NCBI GenBank assembly: GCA_003228125.1
Contig: QGNP01000003.1
Location: 14,475 to 78,474 of the forward strand
Direction of reading: 5' to 3'
DNA: 64,000 nucleotides
DNA from: Chloroflexota bacterium
Lineage (GTDB): Bacteria; Chloroflexota; Dehalococcoidia; UBA2979
The notes beneath the pieces are model-generated. The model was not told the DNA's origin. It saw nothing but the letters and a program-made list of their open reading frames with translations, and searched no databases. The position numbers were made by a program, and so were the translations under genes. Positions 18,892 through 29,071 of the stretch are shown piece by piece (positions within the stretch are counted from its first letter, which is position 1; the number at the start of each line of letters is the position of its first letter).

Positions 18892-20340
18892 TTAAAAAAG
18901 AACCATAATAGATTGCTCTGCAAAAGAATAAAATGGTGTTCCATAAATTCCAATAAAAATAACTAAAAGAAATAATAAAGATGATGCAATATATTGACTA
19001 GGAGTAAGATTCCATTTACTAACACAGTTATTATCATTGTCTTCAAATAAATACATCTGTTTAATAATCTGCAGATAATAATAAAGTGAAATAGTGCTCA
19101 TTGTCACAGCAATGACAACAATCCATAAAAATCCATTTTGAACTATTGCTTGAAATAAAATAAATTTAGTAAAAAAACCAGCTAATAAAGGCATGCCTGC
19201 CAATGAAAATAATCCAGCAGAGATAATTAATGCAAGAAAAGGTTGATTATTAGCTAAGCCTTTAAAGTCATTTATTAATGAGTTTTCTTTATTTTTAGTA
19301 TAAAAAATGATTATAGCAATAAATATTAAAAGATTAGTGGCTAAATAACCTGAAAGATGAAAAAGCGCAGCTGATAATGTATAGGATGATAGGCCTACAA
19401 ATGCCATCAACAAATATCCAATTTGACCAACTGATGAGTAAGCAAGCATTCTTTTTATATTTTTTTGTTGAATTGCAATCAAATTACCAATAATCATAGT
19501 TAGAACGCTTAACAAAATAATAAGTGGTTGCCAATATTCTATAACTCCTAATAAAGGTCCTCCGAGCAATCTAAACAACAATCCAATAACAGCAGCTTTA
19601 GATGAAGTAGACAAAAAAGCTGTTACAGGCGTTGGTGCACCTTGATATACATCTGGCGCCCACATATGAAAGGGGACAGCTGATAACTTAAATCCGAGAC
19701 CAGCAATTAAAAAAATCAAACCAACAAGAAGAAACTCTAAATTAAAAAAATCACCATTTAAAAAATTTATAGCAATGTCATTATAAAATGTTGATTGAGC
19801 GGAACCATAAATCATACTTAACCCAAATAATAATATAGCCGAACCAACTCCTCCGATTAAAACATACTTCAAACTTGCTTCACCAGATTGTTTGTCATTA
19901 ATCAATGAAGAAGAAGCGACGTATAAAGAAAAAGAAAGTAATTCAAGGCCAACATACATGGTGATTAATTCAACTCCAGCAACCATAACAATTCCGCCCA
20001 CAGTTGCAGTTAATAAAAGAAAATAATATTCGCCAATATGTGTAATTTTCTTATCATTATACTCATGAGAGCCTATAACTAAGAAGCAAAGTATAAGACT
20101 AAGCAATATCCTAAAGTAAGCCGTTAAATCATCAACTTTATAAATATCAAAAAGTGTTTCATTGTTACCAATCAACAAAAAACTTAATAACGCAGATAAT
20201 AATGAGCCAATAATAGCGAGCATAGGAAATATTTTTCTACCAACTCCTAATTCTTTAGAAAAAGCATCTAAAAAAAGTATCAACATTCCAGTTAAAAGTA
20301 GGCTTATTTCAGGTAGAATTAAAAAATAATTATTCATCAT
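18892..20340 (-). CDS. nuoN: NADH-quinone oxidoreductase subunit N
   Basis: 482-aa polytopic antiporter-like subunit, last gene of the nuo cluster. Contains the PFHMWAPDVYQGAP motif. Confidence 0.85.
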   Translation of the reverse strand: MMNNYFLILPEISLLLTGMLILFLDAFSKELGVGRKIFPMLAIIGSLLSALLSFLLIGNNETLFDIYKVDDLTAYFRILLSLILCFLVIGSHEYNDKKITHIGEYYFLLLTATVGGIVMVAGVELITMYVGLELLSFSLYVASSSLINDKQSGEASLKYVLIGGVGSAILLFGLSMIYGSAQSTFYNDIAINFLNGDFFNLEFLLVGLIFLIAGLGFKLSAVPFHMWAPDVYQGAPTPVTAFLSTSSKAAVIGLLFRLLGGPLLGVIEYWQPLIILLSVLTMIIGNLIAIQQKNIKRMLAYSSVGQIGYLLMAFVGLSSYTLSAALFHLSGYLATNLLIFIAIIIFYTKNKENSLINDFKGLANNQPFLALIISAGLFSLAGMPLLAGFFTKFILFQAIVQNGFLWIVVIAVTMSTISLYYYLQIIKQMYLFEDNDNNCVSKWNLTPSQYIASSLLFLLVIFIGIYGTPFYSFAEQSIMVLF

Positions 20341-21851
20341 TACATTAATGCTCCAGGAATTCCGATCTGTATAGAATCAGCTATTCTATCTATCCATGGA
20401 GATGGCCAAAGGCCTAAAAATAATATCGATAAAGCTAAGATAGTTGCACTAACCCGTTCTAAATAAGTCATATCATTTAACTTATCCCATTTTGAACTAA
20501 CTGGTCCAAAAAACATTGTAGAAAACATTCTTAATAAATAAGTAGCAGTTATTGCTGCAGTTAAAACTGCTAACCCTCCAATAATTGGATATGCTTGAAA
20601 AACACCTATAAAAATATGCAGTTCAGCTACAAAGCCGGAAAGGCCCGGTAAACCTAAGGATGCTAAACCAGCAATTACAAAGAAAATAGACCATACAGGC
20701 ATTTTAGTAGCTAAGCCTGAAAAATTAGGAATATCACGATTATGAGATTGATCATACATTGCGCCTATCAATAAAAAGAAAAGCGCTGTCATAACTCCAT
20801 GAGCAAACATCTGTAGTACGGCTCCGCTTATTCCAATGACTGTATATGTTCCTAAGCCAAGAAAAACATACCCCATATGAGAAATAGATGAAAAACCAGT
20901 CATCAATTTTAGATCTGTTTGTTTTAAAGCAGATACTGCGCCATATAGTGCTGCAACAATTCCTAAAAACATCAAGCCTGGACCCCAATAAGCAGCTCCT
21001 TCAGGTAGTAATTGAAAACCAAGTCTAATAATACCAAAAGCACCTAATTTCATTAACACTCCTGCATGCAACATCGAGACAGCGGTTGGTGCGGATGCAT
21101 GACCATCTGGAGACCAGGCATGAAAAGGAAACATAGCTCCCAATGTCCCGCACCCAATTGCAATTAATGGAAAAACAAGAATCTGGAAATTTCTATTATA
21201 ATCTACAGTCGCGAGTAGTTCTAAATCAAAAGAACCAAGTTGGGCTTCAGTAAAAATCATAAAAATTGCAGAAAAAATTAAAATAGAACCTGCAACTAGC
21301 ATCATCATTAGTTTCATAGCACCATATTCTTTGCGAGTAGATCCCCATACTCCTATTAACAAATACATTGGTAATAATGCAGTTTCATAAAGAAGGAACC
21401 AAAAAAATAAATCTAACATGGCAAAAGTACCAAACACCCCAGCCACTAAAATATATAGCAAAATAAAAAAATCTTTAATTCTATAAGTAATTTTCCAAGA
21501 TACAATCGTACCTGCTAGAATAACTATTCCTGTTAACAAAATCATAGCAGCAGCAATGCCATCAATACCTACTTTTAATTGAATTCCATTAAGTCCAATT
21601 ATCCCAATATCACTAACCCAAGGTATGGCAAAAATTCCCTGGAATTGATCAGTGGAAGAAAAATCATAACTAAGAAAAATATACAACGAAAAAATAAACA
21701 TGACAAAACTAGAAAGTCCAGTAAAGCCAATTATAAAGGAACGTTCTCTCGAAGGAACAAGCATTAAAAAAACAGCAGACAATAAGGGAATTAAAAATAA
21801 AGATACTAGTAACATGCCGTCAATTTCATTCAATGTAGTTTCTCCATTCAA
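20340..21851 (-). CDS. nuoM: NADH-quinone oxidoreductase subunit M
   Basis: 503-aa antiporter-like subunit with the PFHAWSPDGHASAPT motif. Position in the operon fits. Confidence 0.85.
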   Translation of the reverse strand: MNGETTLNEIDGMLLVSLFLIPLLSAVFLMLVPSRERSFIIGFTGLSSFVMFIFSLYIFLSYDFSSTDQFQGIFAIPWVSDIGIIGLNGIQLKVGIDGIAAAMILLTGIVILAGTIVSWKITYRIKDFFILLYILVAGVFGTFAMLDLFFWFLLYETALLPMYLLIGVWGSTRKEYGAMKLMMMLVAGSILIFSAIFMIFTEAQLGSFDLELLATVDYNRNFQILVFPLIAIGCGTLGAMFPFHAWSPDGHASAPTAVSMLHAGVLMKLGAFGIIRLGFQLLPEGAAYWGPGLMFLGIVAALYGAVSALKQTDLKLMTGFSSISHMGYVFLGLGTYTVIGISGAVLQMFAHGVMTALFFLLIGAMYDQSHNRDIPNFSGLATKMPVWSIFFVIAGLASLGLPGLSGFVAELHIFIGVFQAYPIIGGLAVLTAAITATYLLRMFSTMFFGPVSSKWDKLNDMTYLERVSATILALSILFLGLWPSPWIDRIADSIQIGIPGALM

Positions 21852-21856
21852 AGTGA

Positions 21857-23779
21857 TTAATAATTAATCAATAAAATAAAACTAAACAAAAGAATACCTA
21901 CAGACATCATTAATACATAATTTGGAATTTTTCCTGTTTGTAAAAATTTCAATCTATATCCAACATAATTTAAAATCTGTGCACTACCATCAATTCCCGA
22001 TCGATTAACAATTTTATCATCAAACCATGCAATAATTGAAGCAAGTCCTAGAACAAATTTATTAATAAATGCTTGATAAAAATTATCAATATAATATTTA
22101 TTTAAAAATAAATTATATATTTCTGGCGCCCACTTACTGGCATTATTAGCTCTACGACCATCTTCATAAAACCAATAAAAATATCCTAATAAGACCCCTA
22201 GTAAACTAATTGAAATAGCCGTAATCATAGTAGTAAATTCAAGATGAAAAACATGAGGATGATATAAGTAAACAATGCCCATAAATCCATCATCAAAGCC
22301 AAACAACTGACCCACAAATGGAAAAATAAAAAAACCAGACACTGTTGCAAAAATTGCAAGAATTATTAATGGTATGTTCATAATTTTGGGTGATTCATGT
22401 GCATGTTCATAAGCTTCAGAATCTTTTGGTTTTCCAAAAAATATCATAATGACTAATCGTGTAGAATATATGGCAGTTAACAAAGCTGCAAAAAGTAACA
22501 GACCATAAAAGACAGACCCAAATTCACCCGTATACAATAATATCTCATCTTTCGACCAAAATCCTGCTAGTGGCGGAATGCCTGCAAGAGACAAAGCTCC
22601 AATTGTAAAAGTTAAAAAGGTTATGGGCATCTTGTTTTTTAAAGCTCCTAGACTTGAAATTTCTTGTTTGTGAGTCGCATGAATAACAGAACCAGATCCT
22701 AAAAATAAAAGAGCTTTAAAAAATGCATGTGTAAAAAGATGGAACATGGCTGCTGATAAACTGCCGACTCCTAAAGCTACAAACATATACCCTAGCTGTG
22801 AAACAGTTGAATATGCAAGTACTCTCTTTATATCTTGAGAAACAAGCCCCATTGTAGCTGCTAACAATGCCGTAATAAGGCCAATAATTAAAATTAAATT
22901 TTGAGCAACTGGAATTAATTCATATATAGGTAACATTCGTGATACTAAATAAACACCAGCAACAACCATTGTAGCGGCATGAATCAATGCAGAAACAGGT
23001 GTAGGGCCTTCCATTGCATCAGGCAACCACACATGTAAAGGAAATTGTGCAGATTTACCAACTGCGCCAAAAAATAAAAATATCATAGAAATAGTTAAGT
23101 AAGTGCTATCAAAATAAGATGCTTCTGCTAATCCTATAATGGTTTGAATATCGAAAGTTCCTGATGCTCGCCATAATAAAAGAATTCCAATAAGTAAACC
23201 TACATCGCCAATTCTGGTTGTAATAAACGCTTTTTTTGCTGCTTCAGCAGCTGATTGTTTTTCCCAATAGAAGCCAATAAGTAGGTACGAACCGAGACCA
23301 ACGGCTTCCCAAGCAAGGTATAGCTGCAACAGATTTCCAGTAGTAACTAGTGTGAACATTGCAGCAAGAAAAAATGCCAATAGAGAAAAATACCAATGAT
23401 ATCTAACCTCACCCTGCATATAGCCGATTGAATAGATAACAACCATCAATCCAACTAAAGATACAACAAATAGCATCACGATTGTAATAGAATCAACAAA
23501 AGTAGAGTATTCAATTAATAGATAGTTTGGTATATTAATCCATTCAAAACTTAAAACATTGGCTCCATTTGGCTCAAATCCATGACCATGAAAAAAACTC
23601 TGAAAATCTGCAATAATCGATATGGAAGCAAATAAGCAAAAAATTCCTACAGCAGCAATAATCCAATCTCCTTGACGAGGTATTCTTTTTCCAAATAAAG
23701 CTACTATTAGAAAGCCAAAAATTGGCACAATAGTTAAAAGCCATGCTTGCTGCATTCCAATTACTGAAAAAAGACCCAT
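21857..23779 (-). CDS. nuoL: NADH-quinone oxidoreductase subunit L
   Basis: 640 aa with the WLPDAMEGPTPVSALIHAATMV motif and a long C-terminal lateral-helix region. Confidence 0.9.
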   Translation of the reverse strand: MGLFSVIGMQQAWLLTIVPIFGFLIVALFGKRIPRQGDWIIAAVGIFCLFASISIIADFQSFFHGHGFEPNGANVLSFEWINIPNYLLIEYSTFVDSITIVMLFVVSLVGLMVVIYSIGYMQGEVRYHWYFSLLAFFLAAMFTLVTTGNLLQLYLAWEAVGLGSYLLIGFYWEKQSAAEAAKKAFITTRIGDVGLLIGILLLWRASGTFDIQTIIGLAEASYFDSTYLTISMIFLFFGAVGKSAQFPLHVWLPDAMEGPTPVSALIHAATMVVAGVYLVSRMLPIYELIPVAQNLILIIGLITALLAATMGLVSQDIKRVLAYSTVSQLGYMFVALGVGSLSAAMFHLFTHAFFKALLFLGSGSVIHATHKQEISSLGALKNKMPITFLTFTIGALSLAGIPPLAGFWSKDEILLYTGEFGSVFYGLLLFAALLTAIYSTRLVIMIFFGKPKDSEAYEHAHESPKIMNIPLIILAIFATVSGFFIFPFVGQLFGFDDGFMGIVYLYHPHVFHLEFTTMITAISISLLGVLLGYFYWFYEDGRRANNASKWAPEIYNLFLNKYYIDNFYQAFINKFVLGLASIIAWFDDKIVNRSGIDGSAQILNYVGYRLKFLQTGKIPNYVLMMSVGILLFSFILLINY

Positions 23780-23815
23780 AAAAGTAACTCCATTTAAAAA
23801 AATTAAATCAAAAAT

Positions 23816-24124
23816 TTACCATTTTAATTCATTTGCTTCATCAATATTAATAGTTTTGCGTTCTCTAAATAATCTAATAATTATACCTAAAGCTAGTCCT
23901 ACTTCAGCTGCAGCAATTGCCACAACAAAAAGAGCAAAAATATGACCAGAATATCGTTCAGTATCATAAAAAGAGGAGAATGCAACAAAGTTGATGCCAA
24001 CAGCTGCAAGCATTAATTCAACAGATATTAATATTAAAATTGCATTTTTTCTAGATAAGACTCCATAGAAACCAATGCAGAATAAAATACTAGATAGAAT
24101 TAAAAAATTTTCAAGAGGTATCAT
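23816..24124 (-). CDS. nuoK: NADH-quinone oxidoreductase subunit K
   Basis: 102 aa, 3 TM segments, conserved Glu residues (SVELML, AAAEVGLAL). Confidence 0.85.
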   Translation of the reverse strand: MIPLENFLILSSILFCIGFYGVLSRKNAILILISVELMLAAVGINFVAFSSFYDTERYSGHIFALFVVAIAAAEVGLALGIIIRLFRERKTINIDEANELKW

Positions 24125-24771
24125 TATTCATCACTATCACTAGATTGTAAATTCTTATGTTTTTTTCCATTTAATAAAGCACCCGTCAATGCAATGTCTA
24201 ATAAAATACCTAAAAGTAAAAAAGGAATAAGGAATTGCGTAAAAATATTGGATCCTAAATCAGCTAAACTTAATGATGATGGGGTAGCTATTTCTATGTC
24301 AGCAGTAAATATACTATATAAAAGAACAAAACCAATAAGCACAGCAATAATAAATCCAACTGGTTTTTGAGAACCATCAATAACAACTGGGTTATCTTGA
24401 ACATCAGTCATCATTAGTGCAAATAATAACAAAATAACAACTCCTCCTCCATATATCAAAAGTTGTGCTAATGCTAAAAACTCAGAGCCAAGAAATAAAT
24501 AGATTGCAACTATTCCTAACAATGGTGCAAGAAGTGAAAAAACAGCATGTACAATATTTTTTAAAAATACACTGGCAAGTGCGCCAATAATCATACCTGA
24601 ACTTATTAACCAAAAAAAGACTTCTGTATACGAAATAAATCCAACAAATTTTAGTATCAATAAAATCGTTAAAATTAAAATAACAAATACCGAAGTAACA
24701 ATGCCACCTGTAACGATTAATCTATCAAATTGTTGCGGTAAAGGAACTTTTGAAAGCAATTGATAATCCAA
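24124..24771 (-). CDS. nuoJ: NADH-quinone oxidoreductase subunit J
   Basis: Polytopic protein at the operon position between nuoI and nuoK, with the YGGGVVILLLF region. The TTG start is probably over-extended. Confidence 0.75.
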   Translation of the reverse strand: MDYQLLSKVPLPQQFDRLIVTGGIVTSVFVILILTILLILKFVGFISYTEVFFWLISSGMIIGALASVFLKNIVHAVFSLLAPLLGIVAIYLFLGSEFLALAQLLIYGGGVVILLLFALMMTDVQDNPVVIDGSQKPVGFIIAVLIGFVLLYSIFTADIEIATPSSLSLADLGSNIFTQFLIPFLLLGILLDIALTGALLNGKKHKNLQSSDSDE

Positions 24772-24790
24772 TTCAAATACTACTTATTAA

Positions 24791-25261
24791 TTAAGACGTA
24801 ACCCATTCATCAATATTTCCAGATCTATGCTGAGCTAATAATTGTGGTAAATCCATAATTAAATCTTTTCTATCATAAACAGATGTCTCATGACCTGACC
24901 AAGTGTTATTCATTGCAATTGCTTCGAAATTACATGCTTCAACACAAATATTACACCTCATACAACGCGCATAGTCAATCCAAAATTTATCAATAATTTT
25001 TTTTCTCTTCGAAGTTCCACCATTATTTATATGATTTGGATTGTCTTTCATTATTACGCTCATGCATTCTACAGGACATGCTCTCTCGCAAGCATGGCAC
25101 CCTGTGCAGTATGGTTCAGTATGGGATTGATCCCATAAAAGGATAGGGAATGCTCTGCCTGTTTCAGGTAATTTTTTATGAATATCTGGATAAGGTCTGG
25201 TAACTGGCTTTCTTAAAAAAGCAGAAAAAGTAACTCCCATAGATCTAAGAATACCTTTCAT
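24791..25261 (-). CDS. nuoI: NADH-quinone oxidoreductase subunit I (2x[4Fe-4S])
   Basis: Two ferredoxin-type cysteine motifs, CTGCHACERACP and CMRCNICVEACN. Confidence 0.9.
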   Translation of the reverse strand: MKGILRSMGVTFSAFLRKPVTRPYPDIHKKLPETGRAFPILLWDQSHTEPYCTGCHACERACPVECMSVIMKDNPNHINNGGTSKRKKIIDKFWIDYARCMRCNICVEACNFEAIAMNNTWSGHETSVYDRKDLIMDLPQLLAQHRSGNIDEWVTS

Positions 25262-25280
25262 AAAACCTCCAATGATTCAA

Positions 25281-26372
25281 CTAACTAACAATTTCTTTAT
25301 TTAGATTTTGAATTGATTTATTAACTATAACAACTAATAGGGCTAGCAACCCTATGCTCGAAATAGAAAGTAATATTTTTGGTAACTCTAAAACCAAAAT
25401 AAATCCATTAAAAAATATTTGTAAAAAAGCTAATGGAATCAAAACTTTCCAACAAAAATTCATTAATTGATCAATTCTCATTCTTGGAATACTCACTCTT
25501 GTCCAGAAAATAATAAAAATAACAAAACTTGTTTTTAAAAGAGTTAGCATAATTTGCCAAAATGTACCTAGATTTTCACCAAAAGGCCAAGCCCAACCTC
25601 CTAAAAAGAGTGCGACAATCAATATGGACATAACAAGTAGAGTAGTATATTCAGCCAAAAAAAACATCGACCAACGAATACCGGAATATTCAACAAAAGG
25701 ACCTCCAACAACTTCAGATTCGCCAACGGGAATATCAAAAGGCGATCTATTCATTTCTGCTAATGCAGCTGTAAAAAATAAAAATAACGGAAATGGTTGA
25801 AATAAAATATTTGGTAAAGTGCTTTGACTCTCAATAATAACATTTAAGTTTAATGATTGAGAAAGCATAGCAATGCACAAAACAGCAAGTACTAAAGGGA
25901 GTTCGTATGAAATACCTTGAGCAGCAGCTCTTAAAGCGCCAATAAGCGCATATCGATTATCAGAGCCCCATCCAGCCATTACCCAGCCAACAATACTGAC
26001 TGACGAAATAGCTATCAAATACAATAATCCCAATGTAAACATTTGAACATTTAACAGCAGGGTAAATGGAACAGTAACAAGCATCATAAATGCTGGAATG
26101 AATACGAAATAAGGAGCTAGTTCAAAAGACCAAGGATCAGCTGATTTTGGCCTAATATCTTCTTTTCCTAATAACTTTAAAGCATCAGCCACTGATTGTA
26201 ATAGTCCTGCTGGCCCAGTTCTAGTTGGTCCTAATCGCATATGGAATCTAGCTGCTATTTTTCTTTCTAAATATATTAAGCTCATTGCAGAGATTGTCAT
26301 CAAGCCAACTAGGGACAAAACTTTTAAAAGATTATCAAGAAAAGGGTTAACTACTAATAAATTAATTAACAT
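25281..26372 (-). CDS. nuoH: NADH-quinone oxidoreductase subunit H
   Basis: 363 aa with ERKIAARFHMRLGP and NRSPFDIPVGESE motifs. It directly abuts nuoD. Confidence 0.9.
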   Translation of the reverse strand: MLINLLVVNPFLDNLLKVLSLVGLMTISAMSLIYLERKIAARFHMRLGPTRTGPAGLLQSVADALKLLGKEDIRPKSADPWSFELAPYFVFIPAFMMLVTVPFTLLLNVQMFTLGLLYLIAISSVSIVGWVMAGWGSDNRYALIGALRAAAQGISYELPLVLAVLCIAMLSQSLNLNVIIESQSTLPNILFQPFPLFLFFTAALAEMNRSPFDIPVGESEVVGGPFVEYSGIRWSMFFLAEYTTLLVMSILIVALFLGGWAWPFGENLGTFWQIMLTLLKTSFVIFIIFWTRVSIPRMRIDQLMNFCWKVLIPLAFLQIFFNGFILVLELPKILLSISSIGLLALLVVIVNKSIQNLNKEIVS

Positions 26373-27494
26373 TTATCTGTCTACCTCACCAAGAACTATG
26401 TCAATAGAGCCAAGTATTACAACTGCATCAGCTATATAAGAACCAACAACCATATCTTTTAACGCCTGAAGATTAGAAAATCCCGCACTTCTTATTTTTA
26501 ATCTGTAAGGACGATTCTCTCCATTTGAAACAAGGTAAATACCATATTCCCCTCTTGGTGCTTCAGTGCGAATATATACTTCGCCGGGTGGAGTTCGTAA
26601 ATTTCTAGAAGCCCCTTCAGCTAAAGTTTTACCAGGATTCAAATGCTTCAAACATTGTTTAATAATCTTAATTGATTCTCGCATTTCTTGAAGTCTAACA
26701 AAATAGCGATCAAAAACATCCCCATTTTTACCGGTAATAACATCAAAATCTATTTGATCATAGAATAAATAAGGCTCCGCTTTCCTTATATCATAATCGA
26801 CTCCCGATGCTCTAAGAGAAGGTCCTGACATACCCCAATCAATAGCGTCAATAGCATCAATTTTTCCTATTTGTTTTGTACGCGCTAAAAAAATTTCATT
26901 CTGAGTTAATAGCCCATCCATATCTTTAATGCCCTGTTCAGAAGAGAGCAGAACTTCTTCAACTCTTGATTCAAAATTTACCGGAACATCCCATGCAAGA
27001 CCGCCAGCTCTAAAAAAAGCATACATCATTCTGTCACCAGTAATTTCTTCAAATAAATCAATCAATCTTTCACGTTCACGAAAAGAATATAAAAAAGGTG
27101 TCCCAAACACACCGCAATCAACTCCAAATGCACCGACAAACATAAAATGACTTGACAAGCGATTCAATTCTACTAGGATCATTCTTATCCATTGCGCTCT
27201 TTCTGGAATTTCCATGTTCATTAATTTTTCAACTGCCATAACATAAGAAAGCTCTGCATTAAAATTAGCTAAATATTCCGTTCTATCCATAAAGCCAATA
27301 CCTTGACGATAATCCATGGTTTCACAAAGTTTTTCTGCGCCTCTATGTAAATATCCAATATGTGCAGTTAAATCGGTAATCAGTTCTCCATCAATAGATA
27401 AAACCATCCTGAAAACGCCATGAGTTGATGGGTGTTGAGGCCCCATATTGACTAAAATTTCCTGTGTTTCAATTTCTTTTTTTATATCTGTCAT
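26373..27494 (-). CDS. nuoD: NADH-quinone oxidoreductase subunit D
   Basis: Contains NMGPQHPSTHGV and a C-terminal SIDIVLGEVDR. Length 373 aa. Confidence 0.9.
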   Translation of the reverse strand: MTDIKKEIETQEILVNMGPQHPSTHGVFRMVLSIDGELITDLTAHIGYLHRGAEKLCETMDYRQGIGFMDRTEYLANFNAELSYVMAVEKLMNMEIPERAQWIRMILVELNRLSSHFMFVGAFGVDCGVFGTPFLYSFRERERLIDLFEEITGDRMMYAFFRAGGLAWDVPVNFESRVEEVLLSSEQGIKDMDGLLTQNEIFLARTKQIGKIDAIDAIDWGMSGPSLRASGVDYDIRKAEPYLFYDQIDFDVITGKNGDVFDRYFVRLQEMRESIKIIKQCLKHLNPGKTLAEGASRNLRTPPGEVYIRTEAPRGEYGIYLVSNGENRPYRLKIRSAGFSNLQALKDMVVGSYIADAVVILGSIDIVLGEVDR

Positions 27495-28046
27495 TTATTT
27501 ATTTTCTCCATCAACAATTGAAGGATCAATTCCCTCACCCTGCAATATTTCTATTTCTGCTAAAGGATGCGACTTACGTAATGGAAAGCTATCATTAATA
27601 TCTTCAGGCATTAATAAATTTCTAGGATCAGGATGATTATTAAAAGTAACTCCAAACATTTCAGACACTTCTCTTTCATGCCAATTAGCTGCCCGCCAAA
27701 TATTTGTAATAGTATCTATTGTCAAATCATCATTTTGCAGAGTTGTTTTAATAGTTACATTATATTTATGCTTTAAAGAATAAAGTTGATAAACAATTTC
27801 AATGCCATCACCTTGAAGATCAATAGCAGTTAGACATCTTAAATAATTAAAATCCAAAACTTTATTATTTTTCATTTTTTCAAGAAATTGAGTGACATTA
27901 TCTTTTTTTACATAAAGCAACAAATCAGAGTAACTCATCTTTGTAATATCTTCTTCTCTCCTAAAATCAACATGGGAAATTTCACTATCAATTTTTTTCC
28001 AAAGATCATTGAATTTTGCAGAAAGATTATTTGCAACATCTGTCAT
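27495..28046 (-). CDS. nuoC: NADH-quinone oxidoreductase subunit C
   Basis: Contains [19 protein letters not shown]. Length 183 aa. Confidence 0.85.
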   Translation of the reverse strand: MTDVANNLSAKFNDLWKKIDSEISHVDFRREEDITKMSYSDLLLYVKKDNVTQFLEKMKNNKVLDFNYLRCLTAIDLQGDGIEIVYQLYSLKHKYNVTIKTTLQNDDLTIDTITNIWRAANWHEREVSEMFGVTFNNHPDPRNLLMPEDINDSFPLRKSHPLAEIEILQGEGIDPSIVDGENK

Positions 28047-28639
28047 TTACCAGCAGCCTTTCTACTCTCCATTATTTGTTCTTGTAATACTAAAAAAGAA
28101 TCTAAAAGTGCTTCCGGCCTAGGAGGACATCCAGGAACATAGACATCCACTGGCACGACTTTATCAACGCCTTGCAAAACTCTGTCATATCTTGTGTATG
28201 GTCCACCGTTAGTAGCACAGGCTCCCATAGAAATAACCCATTTTGGATTAGGCATTTGTTCATACAATCTACGAACAGAAGGTGCCATCTTTTTAGTAAC
28301 TGTTCCAGCAACAATCATTACATCAGATTGTCTTGGGGAAGGCCAAGGTACAGAGCCAAATCTATCTAAATCATAATGAGCCATGTAAGAAGCAATCATT
28401 TCTATTGCGCAACATGCAAGACCAAAAGTCATTGGCCATAGAGAAGATTTTCTGCTCATAGCTAAGATTAAATCTGCAGGGACCTGCATAATGCCTGGAA
28501 GGATAGATTTATATAGTGCTTTCCCAGGCTTATACTCGGCTAAAGTTAATTTATTCTCTTCATTGGGATGCTCAGAAGGCAAAATAGGTAAAAAATGATC
28601 CGGGTTTAAATCTTTTGAATTATTAATATTATTATTCAT
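28043..28639 (-). CDS. nuoB: NADH-quinone oxidoreductase subunit B
   Basis: Contains [20 protein letters not shown] and [12 protein letters not shown]. Start set at the ATG 28637-28639, which forms an ATGA overlap with the nuoA stop. The track ORF extends to 28714. Confidence 0.9.
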   Translation of the reverse strand: MNNNINNSKDLNPDHFLPILPSEHPNEENKLTLAEYKPGKALYKSILPGIMQVPADLILAMSRKSSLWPMTFGLACCAIEMIASYMAHYDLDRFGSVPWPSPRQSDVMIVAGTVTKKMAPSVRRLYEQMPNPKWVISMGACATNGGPYTRYDRVLQGVDKVVPVDVYVPGCPPRPEALLDSFLVLQEQIMESRKAAGK

Positions 28640-29022
28640 CTCCAAGATAGTGCTCCTTTTTTCCATGCATATGCTAGTCCAAGCAATAAAATTAAAATAA
28701 AAACTGTCATGCAAATAAATGCTTCAATGCCAACATTCATAAAAGATACTACCCACGGAAAAATAAAAACTGCCTCGACATCAAAAATAACAAATAAAAT
28801 TGCATAGAAATAGAATCTCACCCCTATATTTGTATTCGCACTTCTAATTGGTAACATGCCACACTCATAGGTGTCTGACTTCTGTTTTTCATTTGAAAAA
28901 GGTGCAAGTAACCTAGATCCAATCAGTGCTGAAAACACTAAAAAAAACCCAACAATTGCTGCAATCAAAACCGCAACATAATCATTTAGCAACATATCTA
29001 TTGTATTCAAAATACGATCCAA
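28636..29022 (-). CDS. nuoA: NADH-quinone oxidoreductase subunit A
   Basis: About 120 aa, 3 TM segments, with YECGM and [11 protein letters not shown] motifs. Start is TTG 29022 or ATG 28995. Confidence 0.85.
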   Translation of the reverse strand: MDRILNTIDMLLNDYVAVLIAAIVGFFLVFSALIGSRLLAPFSNEKQKSDTYECGMLPIRSANTNIGVRFYFYAILFVIFDVEAVFIFPWVVSFMNVGIEAFICMTVFILILLLGLAYAWKKGALSWR

Positions 29023-29071
29023 AGTAATTCTATAACATACTTATTAAAAAATAATAGAGCCTTGTATATTT

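Noticed and set aside
27071-27090. Half parS-like sequence TTTCACGT inside nuoD, and a CACGTGAA sequence near 12391.
   Set aside because: Only about 10/16 positions match the parS palindrome and the symmetric half is missing. These are probably chance occurrences in coding sequence.
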